A DNA stretch of 64,000 bases from Stegostoma tigrinum (lineage: Eukaryota): positions 14,014,255-14,078,254 of the forward strand of contig NC_081357.1 in assembly GCF_030684315.1 (NCBI RefSeq). Direction: 5' to 3'. The notes beneath the pieces are model-generated. The model was not told the origin of the DNA and did no database searches. It saw nothing but the letters and a program-made list of their open reading frames with translations. The position numbers and the translations under genes were made by a program. Positions 36,850 to 49,629 of the stretch are shown one piece after another; the first letter of the stretch is position 1, and each line of letters opens with the position of its first letter.

Positions 36850-37520
36850 CCCAGGGCAGATTTTATTGCCCATCCCATTTTATTGACAAGGTGGTGGTGA
36901 TGAGGTGATGAGTTACCTTCTTAAACCACTGCTGTCTATGTGGTGTCACAATGCTGTTAGGAAGTTCCACTAGGATTTTGACCCCACAGTCATAACACCA
37001 CCATACTCCCAAGTCTGGATGGCATGTGTCTTACAAAGGAAGTTGCATCTCCTGCCCTGTCCTTTGGTTAGTAGTGCTCACGGGTTTAGAAGGTGCTGCC
37101 AAAAGCTTCTTAGAGAACTTTGGCAGTGCATCTTGTAGATGTTACACACTATTACTCCTATACATCAGTGATTGTGGTAATGAATCAAGTGTGTGCTGCT
37201 TTGTCCTGAATGGTGCCAAGCTCGAGTTTTGTTGGATCTACACATCCAAGCAAAAAGGGGAATCTCAGAAAGGACTGTGGTTAAATGTTATCTTGTTTGA
37301 GATGGTCATTACTTGGCTTACTCACCATACATCAGCCCGAGCTGATATATTGTCCAGGTCTTAATGCGTTTGGACGTTCTACACTGAGAAGTTGCAAATG
37401 GTGCTCAACATTGGGAAATCATCAGTGAACATCTCCACTTCTGACCTTTTGATGGGGACAGGTCTTTGGTGAAGCAGCTATGGATCCTTCAGCCCAAAAT
37501 ACCAGGCTGAGGAACTCTGT
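36850..37520 (-). mobile_element. Degenerate non-CR1 LINE 3' remnant
   Basis: tttattgcccatccc..aaggtggtggtga..gcagtgcatcttgtagatg matches 29308-29650. Confidence 0.65.
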
Positions 37521-37798
37521 TGAAATTAAAGATCAGTCATGATCTCACTGAATGGCAGAGCAGGCTTGGCAGGCCGAACTACAGTATGTCATGACATTAA
37601 GAGGAGCAGAGAAAGCCCGAGAAATAATGAATACAAAGATATCAATGCCTGGGCCAATCTATAGAACTGATCATGGAAAGAAAGGATATAAGATGCAGAC
37701 ATCATACATTACAGTTTTACAGGTATCGGATAGGAGAACTTACATTGATTTCATAAAAAACACACCCAAGGCATTTCATATTGTATATATCAAAAACA

Positions 37799-37804
37799 TT
37801 TATT
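37799..37804 (-). promoter_or_regulatory. Candidate polyadenylation signal AATAAA for KCNK5
   Basis: Plus-strand tttatt at 37799-37804 near the edge of the repeat-free region, with T/G-rich sequence downstream on the minus strand. Confidence 0.45.
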
Positions 37805-38095
37805 TACATTCTGAAATGAATACAGAAATAAATTAGGTCCACAATTAACAGAGAACCAGAAAAAGGACTGACTTAATACAAGACATTTCAAGGAATAAAT
37901 ACAACAAACAGGCTTCTGGAGTTCAGTTTTTTTTCAATATACGGAGTGTGATAGGAACAGATTGTACCTACTCCTTAACTGTAAGAAGTCTAAACCTTCC
38001 TATGCAGCCAGCCTTGTAAAGTCAGTTGACACTGACCCCCTTCAGAAAAAAAAAATGTATGTTACAGAATTTTTCCTTGTGTATGTGTGAGACTG

Positions 38096-38166
38096 AGGGT
38101 GGTGGTGGCAGGGGGGGGGGGGGCGCAGGGTGGCCTGGGGGTGGGCGGGGGGGGGGGGGGGGGGGG
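38096..38166 (+). repeat. G-rich tract (G-quadruplex potential on + DNA; C-rich in KCNK5 mRNA)
   Basis: Multiple long G runs. Confidence 0.85.
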
Positions 38167-40357
38167 AAAGAGTGGTTAATGGGGAAGACATTAAAAACTG
38201 TTCTCAGCTCGTCAAATCATACACTTTTACAGCTTATAAACCACTATCACTTCACTTCAACTTGAGGTTTCTGCACCCTTCCTCACAAATGCTTCCTTAA
38301 AGTAAAGTGACTGGCATATCCAAGCTAACTATCATATGACTGGACTTACGGCAACAAGACAACCATTGCATTCTGTTTTTAAGCTCCATAACCTACGTCA
38401 CTATCTTGGTTTTTATGATAAGGTCACCTAGTCTCTGGCCTGTAACAAACTTCCTACAGTTCAGCTTCCAGCATTCAATACAGTCAAGTTTTGGTTATGT
38501 TAAGTGATGCCTAAAGACTCCACTGATCACACATTTTAAACTGGGGGAGGAGAAGGAGTTAGCGTGCAACATCTCCATAAAGGAGACATTTAGCCAAGGA
38601 CAGGCTGGCTATGCGATGTCTGTGTGTCTCTACAATGCATTTGTATAAACAAGTGCGTTCCCACCTGACACACGAGATGAAAGGGCAAGAACATCCTGGT
38701 ATTTGGAAATGGTTATGAAACCGTTACCACACAGCAGAGACACACATGCAACATCTTTCACTGGAGTCATCAAAAATTGTCAAACGGGGTGCATGTTTTA
38801 TAGAGTAACTAGTCGATTTCCATTCATTTGAAACTGACTTGTCTGGAGACAAGTAAAACTTTTTAAAAACATCTACAATCCTTCAATTCACAATGAGGCT
38901 TTAAAAACACACCAATGCCTCACCATATAGTTCCTCAACAATAGCATACAGCAAATTATAAGTGAGAACTTTTGATGGTCTTCCCGGTAGTTAATAAGGC
39001 AATTCTGGAGAAACGATATTTCTAAAAATAACTTCAAGCCATCCGTAATAAAAACAGGAGTGGTATAAAGCAGGAACGTTAAATTTTTGCACCCAATTTT
39101 CCTATCCTCACCTCAATCGAGGAGAGGTACCCAATGCCTCACAAATCTCGTGGTTTTGGTACCGACAAGATACTGGGTCATTTTTGGTACGTAATCCTAC
39201 CAACACAAAACACAAACAGCAGCCTGGAATTAGTGGGGCACAGTATCTTCTTTCTTCAGTCTATCTGAATTCACATTTTTTTAAAAATGGAAAATGCCCA
39301 ATTGAGCAGAGTTCCAGCAGTAGCTCCGTTCTGTAACTGTTGTGAGCCTTTTCAAAAAGATAAATCTCCAGGCACAAATGAAAATCAATGATCGTGCACC
39401 TATAGTGATTGCACTTTTTGGCATGCTCGTGGCCTGACCAATGTACCGTAGCCACGCTCTGGGCCTGAATTCATCTCTCATTTCTCTTCCTCCAAAACGT
39501 CACCGGTCACTGAAATTAGTGCCTGTTTGGTAACAAATGTAAACAATTAAGTGCCAACAAAAAAAGTATTCCAGTTTCTACTGAAAAAGTTTACTGTGCA
39601 TGACTGAAGAGCTGGCGTGCAACGTTGTAGAGAAACAGAGGCATACAATGGCTCAGTTGTGCCACTATTTACAAGTTAAAGCACATTGGAGGGAAGTGGC
39701 TGGGGAATAAAAGAACAGGACTCTCATTCTAGTGAGTTCATAGGTTATTTCCGATGATCGCCAACAGGTGACGTCACCTCAGCTTGAAAGGTTTACGGAA
39801 AACACCTCTTTGGCTTATTTAGCGGATGTTGATTTCCCATTCATTTTCTTTCGGATTTGCATCAGACAACCCAAGATAGACAAAAGCTCAATTTCTGGAG
39901 TACTGTTGGGTAAATTCATAAAGGCAGAAATACATATAAAACAGACACATGTGTCAGTCATAAGGTGCAGATCAAAATCAAGAATATGGGGCTCTAAAAG
40001 TGTGACTTTAATGGGATTCAATAAATGCTGAACTCTCAGGCTGTAGCAAAATCTGTATTAGAAATGGCTTTATATTTAGAGGTGGGTGCGGGCTGGGGAG
40101 AGAGAACAAAAATATCCCAACAAATCACTGAAACAAGTCATTCGAAGCCCAATTGAACTTGAATCTCTCAAATCAAAAAATTTGGACTTGCTGAACTGTA
40201 CTTCATTGAATTAAGGTCAGAAGGATAACTGTGCCAACACCACCTTGAAACTAAAAACATCTGCCTTGTTTAATATCTACATTTCTTGGCTCAAAATTAA
40301 AATATTAACAATATTTTTTAAACCGGTCATTGAAAGAAAAATACTCACAGTGTATAT

Positions 40358-40382
40358 GAGAGACGCGAGAGAGAGACAGGAG

Positions 40383-40420
<38 letters not shown>
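40358..40420 (+). repeat. (GA)n microsatellite
   Basis: Direct reading. Confidence 0.9.
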
Positions 40421-40744
40421 AATTGAATATCATTACATTTGAAAACGATTTAGTTTTGGTCACAGTTTCATCAGTCAACATTTCTGCAAGAAATTCTGAT
40501 ATCTGACTCTCCCCATTTAGAAGAGGAATGCGTCCTTTCCAGCTAAGGCCGCTTTTCTTAAAAATTTTAAAAAGGGATTGTGCTTGCGCCTTGGAGGTGT
40601 TTTGACCGTATCGTCAAATGTCATTAGCAGCTCCTCCAAACCAACAGGATACTGTCTGTCCCCTTTTGCTCATGTCCTAGTGCTGAATGAACGAAGTGGA
40701 AATATAGAAGAAAGTTTGGAGAAGTGGATCCCAAATTCCTTTGG

Positions 40745-41586
40745 TTATATGACCACTTCAACATTGCGCACTTTGTTGTATCCATTCATCAGCTGTTCGT
40801 AGTCGGGCGGATGTCCCAGTTTGCATGCCTGGAAGCCTGAACTGTTTGTGTCTGGTGTCTGCACCAAAACATCAGACTCTCCCTCGTCCACAAAGTTCTC
40901 ATCCAGTGATAATTCCACCTTCTCGTCATCACTGAGAAGGTTCTGTTCATCTATGAATCTGATGTTGACATTCTCAAAGAACAACGGTGGGTGGGAGCGA
41001 GTGTCCCACAGTGAACGGTCCTCTCGGGTGATTTTATCCAGTTGGTTCTCCTGCAGAGTGTAATCTGGCTGCGAGTTTGGATCTTTGCCTTCATTTAGTG
41101 GTGCTGTCATCTCAGTGTCTTCAATAGCTGGTAAGCTGGCTGGCTCATAACAGAATCTTTTCAGGGCCACTGTTTGCCTCAACTGAACTGTTCCGAACAT
41201 ACCACTGCCATCGTCCTTAGTAGTGGGTTTGGCTGGGACCTCAACACCCAATAGCTTAGTGCTGCTACTCTTCAAAGTCTTTGAGCCAATCTGCTTGATG
41301 AGATCATTGTAGCTTTCTTGCTTTTTAGAAAGAAAGCGGAAGATGTTTACCTCCGTGGATTCTGAAATTTTGGAGTCTGACATTTTAGGGTTCAGAGGCT
41401 GGCTTTTTGACACGGTTACTACAGATTCCCTCATTCGTTTTCGCCGTTTCTTAATGGCTTTGTGTGCCTGGACAAACATGCTAACTTTCCAATTGAAGAA
41501 AAGGGAAATCCAAGCCAAACCCAAGTAGATCCAAAGCTCAACAAAGTATCTGTAAAGGATGTGGTAGTTGGCATTTGGGTCCACAC
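40745..41586 (-). CDS. KCNK5: KCNK5 terminal coding exon 5 (M4 and cytoplasmic C-tail)
   Basis: (G)VDPNANYHILYRYFVELWIYLGLAWISLFFNWKVSMFVQAHKAIKKRRKR...FLSKKQESYNDLIKQIG...DYEQLMNGYNKV...stop. AG acceptor at 41588-41587. Overlaps ORF 40745..41584. Confidence 0.97.
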
Positions 41587-42439
41587 CTATGGAACGAGAA
41601 TATAATTAAAAGGTCATTTTGTAGCTACTAAACTGAAACACAAGAATAAACGTTGCAAATGAGACAAACTGAAGAAGATTATTTATGCAATTCTAATGAC
41701 GCAAGTTGTTTTATTTGAGTTGTGCCAGTATCAAATTACGTTGCTCTTCACATCTTTCTGGTACCCAAAACTGGAGGGTCACACAGCTCTTGGCAAATAA
41801 AAAGGTTGAACAGCCTCGAAGGCTCCATCAATATCTCTGGTTAGGAACACCCTGATAATTACTCTCCTCCACCTCTTCTCTGCAACTAGAGGTCTCAGAA
41901 TCAGGAAGTAGGTGAAGAAGGGAATGAGGAAGTGGACAGAGGTTTTCAAGAAGTCACACCACTATTTCACGCAACTGAACGTGTCTCAGGAAGACCACGG
42001 GCGGAAATTGTTTCACTCGGCTCCTATTGGCTAGGAGAAAGCAAAACCCAAGTTGAAACTGGACGAGTAGAGTGGATTTCCTCTCGACAGCCATTCTGAC
42101 CTTCTCACTCAGTAACCCTAACCCAGTGCCGAATCGAGACTCCCATGCCCCCTCCAACCTCACCTATGCGACAGGATGTATCGCGTGCCTGTCATTAGTG
42201 AAGCAGTGAAAAACCTGAGGTGACCAATTTCAGGAATTGGGTCTGGTGTCCTCTTTGCCTCATCTTTCTTGCCTCTGTAGGGATGACCTGTACCTAGCTA
42301 CGTAAAGTGACCTGTATTTGACCACACAAAGTGGTCCACGCCTGCGTACAAGATGACAGACAGAAGCTGAGCAAAATTAAGCAGCCTGCTCACACTGTGA
42401 AATATAATGGTACCTTCGAACAGAACCACTAGAAGGCTA

Positions 42440-42495
42440 GTAAAACGTAGAAACGTAGAACAGTAAAGCACAGTACAGGCCCTTCGGCCCACCAT
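42440..42495 (-). mobile_element. CR1 extreme 3' tip in KCNK5 intron 4
   Basis: aaacgtagaaacgtagaacagtaaagcacagtacaggcccttcggcccac. Confidence 0.7.
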
Positions 42496-44107
42496 CCATA
42501 TGTCCCCATCCGAGGCAGTCTGTTAAAAGGATGCCTTAGGACAGATAAATGACCAGCTCCAGCTTTATTAATGAAAGAACGATTGTCCCAGTAAATGAAC
42601 TAACATTAGGCATTAGAATAAGTCCTTAAGCAGCTGCAAGGATAACAGCTGAAGTTATTTCGCAGTAAATAGTTGCCTCTTTGAAGTTACCCACAATATT
42701 AAACAATTTCTGTCAAAAATGCTCTAGTCATAGAAGTTGGTTTCAATACATAACACGAATATAATACAAGCCTTAAAAAACATTTAAGCCTAGGTGTAAA
42801 GGTTAGCTAGCCTTAGGCTTAGTTACAACCAACTGATATTTTGCTTTTACATTATGTAATTGGGGTAGTGGGAAAATAGAAGGAGTGACTGAATTTGATG
42901 AAAGGCAATACCAAATACAATGGGTAATAGAATTCGAGCTGTCCTTACAGATAAATAAGCCTGAGAAAGACCCAAAGGAGTAACAGCCATTAAATTTTTG
43001 CAATGCAAATGAATAAACTGAATGGAAAGATCCCAAGGACCAGAGATTATAATGTCTAGCTAACACAATAAGATCTTGGGAGCCTGGGGCTGTCCATTGA
43101 GGTGCCTATTATTGATTAGGTGCCTCACGGAATTGGGTGTTTGGATTAAGGGAGAAGGACAGTGAATATATTGTGGTACAATAATCAAACACAAAATGCA
43201 TAAAAGTGCTGTACTTCTTTGTGAAAGCAGAGCATGTGTCATTGATCTATCCTCCGAAGGAAGATTCAGGGAAGATCCTTTGGCTCTCTCCCTACATAAA
43301 CTGGTTTTGACTTGAATAAACACCTCCCACTTGCCTGATTCCTGCCTGCTTCCTGCGTCTTTGTCCCTGTCGGGAAAAACTCTCCTACAACTCTTTACCT
43401 TGGGGCTTCTATTGATCGTCACAGAGAAAAATTGCTGTGTCTCCACCCCACCTCACTGTGCAGCTGAAGCCACATGCTGGTTAGTGGGTGGGAGAGTAAG
43501 GAGTTGGTTAGTTTGTACAGCTAGCATACATCCCTTTCTTGAGGGCTGCTGAGGCAATGTAGGACAGAATACCATTTTGCCTTTTTTACAGTTCCAAACA
43601 TGTGTACATTGAGCGTGTGGCCAATTAAATTGATATTGTCAACAGCAGTTCATCCTGACAATTCCTCTACAAAACAAAGGTAACTCATCAGAGTCAAGTA
43701 CGACAGCATCTTTGTTTCAATAGGACTGGAGTACACTGATACTGCCTACAGTAAATAGTTTATCCTTTGTTGCTCTGTCTCGTTTGCAGGGTTCTTATCT
43801 GGAATATCAGTGTGTTTGGAGCAGGGAATCTTTGAAGTCTCTCGCACTCTGGTAGCGTACTGCTGCTGAAGTTCACAGTTAATTGAACTAATTGGCATCG
43901 CAGTCTGCTTTAAACACGTGCAGCTTATGGGTTGCGGTGACAGAGGGGGACCCTTGCAACATGCAATGCAAAGCAGACATCTACGACCAAAATGTCTTCG
44001 TACTCCAGTATCATCCCCATTTCAAACATCACATTTACATGATGCAAAAGCAGACCTCATGCCCATCAATCCAACAGGAGACAAACTATTCAGCACTGCA
44101 TCCTTAC

Positions 44108-44276
44108 CTGCCACGAAATCTCCAAACCCAATGGTGGATATTGTGATGAAAGAGTAGTACAAGCCTTCAATGTATGACCAGCCTTCAGTCACCATAAAGA
44201 CAAAGGGTGGCATTACCAGATGCACCAGGACACCCCATACAATGAAAATAGCTGTGCAGGTTATCTGGGCCTTCCG
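44108..44276 (-). CDS. KCNK5: KCNK5 coding exon 4 (M3, pore P2 with GFG filter)
   Basis: RKAQITCTAIFIVWGVLVHLVMPPFVFMVTEGWSYIEGLYYSFITISTIGFGDFVA-G. 169 bp, TAG acceptor at 44279-44277, GTAAG donor. Confidence 0.97.
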
Positions 44277-44604
44277 CTATTAAAGGAAAGAATGGAACAC
44301 ATTAGGGCAAGAACAGAGACAGCACAGAATACACAAAAAGCAGCAGCCGTTACCTTCAGGATGCTTCAACATGGTTACATTCCTTATAAACACATCCCGT
44401 CCTTTTAATTTCCAATTTCAACTAATGGCTTCATGCCAAAAAAGCCAATAGTATGCCATTTACTACACACAAAATCCAATATATAGCAGTTCCACAGAGT
44501 ATCTTAAAATTAAAACCTCATTTAACCTCTGCGTTTAGTTTAATTATTATTTAATCCTTGTTTATAATTCCTATTTGATGGTGCTAAGTAGAGTAGCCTT
44601 TTTA

Positions 44605-45040
44605 GTTACGGCTCAGTTTATAGCACATTTGTCTTAAGTCAGGAGATTGTGGGGTTCCTCTTCAGAGACATGAGGACATCATGTAGTCTGAGTCTCCGGT
44701 GTAGTTCTGAGGGACACAACACCGTCTGCAGTGCTGACTTCCTGATGAGATCAGAAGCCAAGGACTGCCCACAGTCCAACATGGATATAAAAGGAACATA
44801 CAGCCTGGAGAATGGCAGGGAAGCTCCACCTCATAATCTTGACCAACCATTTATCCATCAACTAGCATCATTAAAACAGAGGATCTGATTACAACCTCAA
44901 TTGCAGTCTGTGGGATCTTGCTACGTGCATCATTGGTAGCACATTAAAACAGACCACACTCAAATTAATTCGCTGGCTGCAAAGCAGATCGAGAAACCTT
45001 CTGGGCCACTGAGGACGCTACGGCAACGCAAGCATTTCTT
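44605..45040 (+). mobile_element. Deu-type SINE, old, in intron 3
   Basis: ggctcagtttatagcac..agtcaggagattgtggggttc head; tail gaggacgctacggcaacgcaagcatttctt. Confidence 0.6.
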
Positions 45041-45229
45041 CCCAGTCAAATTCTGTTCACACAAACAGAACACTGAAGAAGATCAAAAGGATAGTGATGA
45101 AGAGAGAGGAAACCTAGCAGTATTTTGGAAAAATGGAAGCAGCTCTTTTCACAGGTCTGTGTGGCTCAGTATCATGCAGTAAGGCTTTTTTAAAAATCTC
45201 AGTCCCTTCAAGAATGCACTGTACACACC

Positions 45230-45432
45230 AATTAAAAGCAAAATACTACGCATTTTGGAGATCCGAAACAAACACAAAACGCTGGAGGACTTCAGCAAGG
45301 TCTGGTAGCATCTGGTGGAGAGAGTTTACTCAAGTTCTGAAGAGTCCTGTCAGAATTGAAACGTTAACTCTGTTTCATTCTCCACAGATGCTGCCAGACC
45401 TGCGAAGTTTCGCCAGCATTTTGTGCGTGTTT
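45230..45432. mobile_element. Old PLE-derived foldback element in intron 3
   Basis: Arms cacaaaacgctgg..ggtctggtagcatctg vs cagatgctgccagacc..ccagcattttgtg. Degenerate hammerhead agttCTGAAGA..GAAACGTTaact at 45333-45369. Confidence 0.75.
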
Positions 45433-45634
45433 GGCTCTGGCATATACATCGAGCTGACTCAGAACCTTCGCATTACTCCTGTGGAAAGCAGCTTGGAGTT
45501 TCAAGAGTCCAGAACAACGCTCCGCCTGGTTTAAAAGGTGCAATGTTTGCGACAAGCAGAGAAAAAAGGGTCCTCTTGAAATAAAAGAGAGAGAGAGCGG
45601 GGGAGGGGAGAGGAAGTGAAGCAAATATTCTTAC

Positions 45635-45801
45635 TGGACTCATGCCTTTCCTGGTCAAGGCTTCGCCCAACTTCTTAGCTCGTCCTCCAAAAAACTTCCC
45701 CAACGCACTGATCCAGGAGAGGCAGAGCGGTGTACCAAACAGCCCATAGAAGATGCAGAATAGCCGGCCCTGTGAAGTCTTGGGTGCAATGTTTCCATAA
45801 C
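45635..45801 (-). CDS. KCNK5: KCNK5 coding exon 3 (GYG filter 1, M2)
   Basis: (G)YGNIAPKTSQGRLFCIFYGLFGTPLCLSWISALGKFFGGRAKKLGEALTRKGMSP. 167 bp, AG/GT flanks, phase joins exon 2 to complete TIGYG. Confidence 0.97.
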
Positions 45802-45924
45802 CTGTGACCACATGCGAAGGAAGCAGAGGAGAGAAATTTTATATATATCACACACACTTTAAAAATAAAGACAAAGTGGGGTCACGTCCAAAGAGCCTGA
45901 CCATGCATCGGTGACGTGCCTTAC

Positions 45925-46036
45925 CGATCGTGGTGATGACTGTCGCAGCAAAAATAACCGCATTCGGCCAGTTCCAGTTGTTGAAGGTCCTGTTGCCGGT
46001 GATGGTGACACCTTGTCCTGCAGCCTCTTCAACAGT
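45925..46036 (-). CDS. KCNK5: KCNK5/TASK-2 coding exon 2 (cap end, pore helix P1)
   Basis: Minus strand reads TVEEAAGQGVTITGNRTFNNWNWPNAVIFAATVITTI-G, matching TASK-2. 112 bp, AG acceptor at 46038-46037, GTAAG donor from 45924. Confidence 0.97.
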
Positions 46037-47307
46037 CTGTAAAACACAAGGTGGGGGTGAGGGGAAATTTATTAAAACCAGCTTAACTTTACAGCGCCCT
46101 CAAAGATTCAGAAGCAATACAAACACAAGCCTCTTCTTCAAAAGAGGATACAGGCACCCCCACTGCCACCCCCCTCACCTTCCCTGCTGGGACAATGCAA
46201 GGAATTATTTTTACATTACAGTACACTCAAGGCACTTCACTGTCTTGAGATGTTTCATTAGATTTACCTCTCATTTATACGTCATTATGTCACATTAAGT
46301 AAAAACAAAACACACCAAGGAGGATGAATGGAAACATATAACGCAGTTGTAAGGGTTCGACCAATTGTGTAGGTTGACCTCAGTCAAGGCACTGTGGCGG
46401 CACAATAATTGATCTCAATGTAGAGGAGGGGGAAGGAAAATTTACCACACAGCCTTGTTTTTGGTATATACAGCAACACAGGTAAGAGAAATAGGCTGCA
46501 CTCCCACAGCCATGGATTATTAGCAGTCAACCTAAGGAAGAACAGGCGTAAATCATGCGTGTGGATTTAGGACCGGGCCAAGCAAGGACCCAAGGAGTAT
46601 CACACAGTTAATCATCTCTGCCCCATGACTATGTGCCAGAGGTTGCGTGGCAACTATAGCACAGCAAAGGAGACCAGATCTTCATGACAGGGAGGAATAA
46701 AGTGAGAAAAGACTAGAGGGAAAAGCAAAATCAACAAGAGTTTGAAAATGGAAAAATGTAGGAAATAGGACCAAGTTACAGTAATGTTGAAAACGTCATC
46801 TTGATCAACATTGATTAAAACTACAGGTCATAAGCTGCATTCATACACAATAAACTTAGGCCTCGCCTGACGAAAAGGCACCGAAGTGGAATGGGGCAGT
46901 AAATCAAAGCTTAAGGTCAACAACAGGAGAAGGGGCCAGGACTCAAACACCATATTCTGTCTTGATTATAATTATTGGGATGGGGGTAAAAGGGACAGAC
47001 AGGAAATTCAAAAATACAACGCTTAACTACAAATCAAATTTTATTCAACCAAGTACAGAAATGACTACTGTGCCTGAACACAGAACTCACTCTGAAATGG
47101 CTGAAGCTCCATACAGCGTGGAGAGTTGGTGGCATCAAATTTCAATTTGCACACACAACAAGCAGATAGATGGATGTAACAACAAGGAGGAAATTACTAG
47201 TGCACTGCAGCATCCCATAAATCTCCAAACTGTTCAACGCCATTTGCTGCTCTTCAGATACTGAAGCAGTCCATGATCAAACGCAACAATATCTGGACAA
47301 TACCCAG

Positions 47308-47487
47308 TGTGGAGCTGGAGGAACACAGCAGGCCAGGCAGCATCAGAGGTGCAGGGAATCTGATGTTTCGGGTCAGGGTCCTTCTTCAGAAGCTTTCCTG
47401 CTCCTCTGATGCTGCCTGGCCTGCTGTGTTCCTCCAGCTCTCCACACTGTGTTATCTGTGACTTCAGCATCGGCAGTTCTTACTATC
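47308..47487. mobile_element. PLE foldback mini-element in intron 1, inserted in a LINE fragment
   Basis: Inverted arms. Decayed minus-strand hammerhead at 47360-47389. TSD tctggacaatacccag (47292-47307) / tctggataatatccag (47488-47503). Confidence 0.85.
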
Positions 47488-48291
47488 TCTGGATAATATC
47501 CAGGCTTGGTTTGGCAAGTGGCAGGTGACATTCATGCCAAATAAATGCCAGGCAATCACCATCTCCAATTTGCCTCTGAACCTGGGCCTCCCAGTGCAGG
47601 GGTAAAATCCACTTGCTGTAGAGGTGTGTAACAACATCTCCAAACAGGTTGTTTTGAAAAATAAGGCTAAATAAAAATTTATTCTGTACGATTTCTGTGG
47701 CTCTTGAGGGATAGGGAGACCCCGGAGGCCCAGGTTCAAGCCCTACCAGAGGTGCATATTACACCTCCAAAAAGGTTGATTAGAAATTACCCAGTCATAC
47801 CTTTCATGTCCTCATAACAAAAACATTACCTCAAAATAGGCAGAAGAAGAGAAAAACAAGCAGAGGCACACCAATGCAGACTCAGCAGCATGCAAGACAA
47901 GTTTGTTTTTGTTTTTGAACTGGAAAAGTCACCAAGACTTCATATTAGAAATCATTATCATCCGAATCAGTGGCAGTGCCAGTGGTACATTCCAAAGAGC
48001 AAGAAAGATAATTAAATCTTGACAGTTGACATCAGAGATTTAGTTGAATACGTTAGTGAGCAAAGCTCAGAAAAAAACAGGAGGCTGCCTTGTATGTCTG
48101 TGCAACTTGTAAACATTAATTTGGAATAGCACTTTGCTGCTAATTCAGCAGATGATCATTACAAAGTCAGCAAAACAATTTTGAAACTTGGCTCTTTGGG
48201 TGAACGTTCAGCCGGTTTGCACAGTTGGCTGGCTCTGTCAGCTTTCCAACTGATCTCCCGTCGGTCTCCAGAAACCATAAAACAACGTACG

Positions 48292-48440
48292 CTTAAGACT
48301 GAGATAGATAGGTTCTTGATCATCAAGGGTTATAGGGAGAAAGCAGGAGAATGGGGTTGAGGAATTCATCAGCCGTGATCAGATGGTGGAGCACACTCGA
48401 TGGGCCGAATGGCCTAATTTCTGCTCCTTTGTCTTATGGT
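48292..48440 (+). mobile_element. CR1 3' tip
   Basis: gagatagataggttcttgat..aagggttatagggagaaagcagg..gatgggccgaatggcctaatttctgctcc. Confidence 0.8.
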
Positions 48441-48519
48441 ATGTTTTGAACACAGCGAAAGGACAACAGCATATTCAAAAACAGTGGTCTGCTACCTATT
48501 TGAAACACTGATCCAGTGC

Positions 48520-48592
48520 ACTCCCCCAACCACACCTCCGCCCGCACCCCCCCCACACCTCCGCCCGCACCCCCACACCCCCCCCACCCCAG
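48520..48592 (+). repeat. C-rich tandem duplication
   Basis: cacacctccgcccgcaccccc at 48531-48551 and 48554-48574. Confidence 0.8.
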
Positions 48593-49340
48593 CCACTAGC
48601 ACTCTACTCCCAACTCAAAATGTCACCCCTGAATGCCAGGGTTGTGAAACTCACTCACTGCTTGGCCTATTGCAGTCAATTAAGAAAAATATTAAAATTT
48701 GGTCAGTGGCGGCTATCACCAAATGATGAATAGCCCACAAGGTGTAGGGGGCGGACTGGGTCTGCCTACAGGCCTCTAGGCCATTAGCTTGTAAACATCA
48801 TACAGGTCTCAAGTACAGTATATGACAATGGCAGTAATCCGTCTTCCTGGATCTCTCCCTGGGGCGGTGGTGCCCAGCCTTTTCACTGTCAAGGCACGCT
48901 GCAATGAGACAAGCAATTCCGACAACCCACCCAGTTCATTCATACTGCACGTGGGATATCAGATGTCTACACAAGAACAGCTCTCGGGGCTTGTGCAGTC
49001 AATAGAGGTGCCTGATGTCAGCTGTTACTGCTGTCAATAGCAGGCGCTGAGGCTCCAGAGGAGATCAGAAGCACAGACATAGGCTCAACACTCAGCACTG
49101 CTTTCCAAAAGCTTCATGGCACATGTCACGCCTAGTCACAGCAAGTTGCCAGGAGTGAACCACTGAATTAAGGAAGGAATCACTCAAAGGTATTTCCCAC
49201 CACCACCCCCCCCCCCCCCCCCACCACTTACTTTCACTTCCCCACTCCTCACGCCAAAAACTCCACCCACAAGCCAGCCCCCGCAGAAACTTAACCAGCA
49301 GTCAAACCAAAGATCTGCCGCTGAAACAAGATGGCAAAAA

Positions 49341-49629
49341 GGTGGCCCAATGGTTAGCACTGCTGCCTCGCAGCACCACGGACCTGGGTTCGATTCCAGC
49401 CTCGGGAGACTGCCTGTGCAGAGTTTGTATGTTCTCCCAGCGTCTGCATGGGTTTCCAACTTTTGGCCATGCTAAATTGCCCATAGTGACCAGGGACGTG
49501 TAGACTAGGTGAGTTAGCCATAGGACATGTGGGGTAAAGGGGCTGGTTTTAGGTGGGATGTTCTTCAGAGGGTTGGTGCAGACTCGCTATGCCAAATGCC
49601 TTGCCTCCACACTGTACGGATTTTATGAC
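49341..49629 (+). mobile_element. HE1-like V-SINE (internally deleted)
   Basis: ggtggcccaatggttagcactgctgcctc..gggttcgattcc..gtctgcatgggtttcc..ccacactgtacggattttatga. Confidence 0.88.

Larger units (their letters stand above)
37780..40744 (-). other. KCNK5: Probable KCNK5 3' UTR
   Basis: Stretch with no recognisable transposon downstream of the stop codon, ending near a minus-strand AATAAA. The end point is inferred. Confidence 0.55.

Noticed and set aside
1-37500. A second host gene downstream of KCNK5 (e.g. SAYSD1 by synteny)
   Set aside because: No recognisable non-transposon coding exon. All informative ORFs map to retroelements.
38026-38265. Gly-rich ORF
   Set aside because: Artefact of the G tract on the strand opposite the KCNK5 3' UTR.
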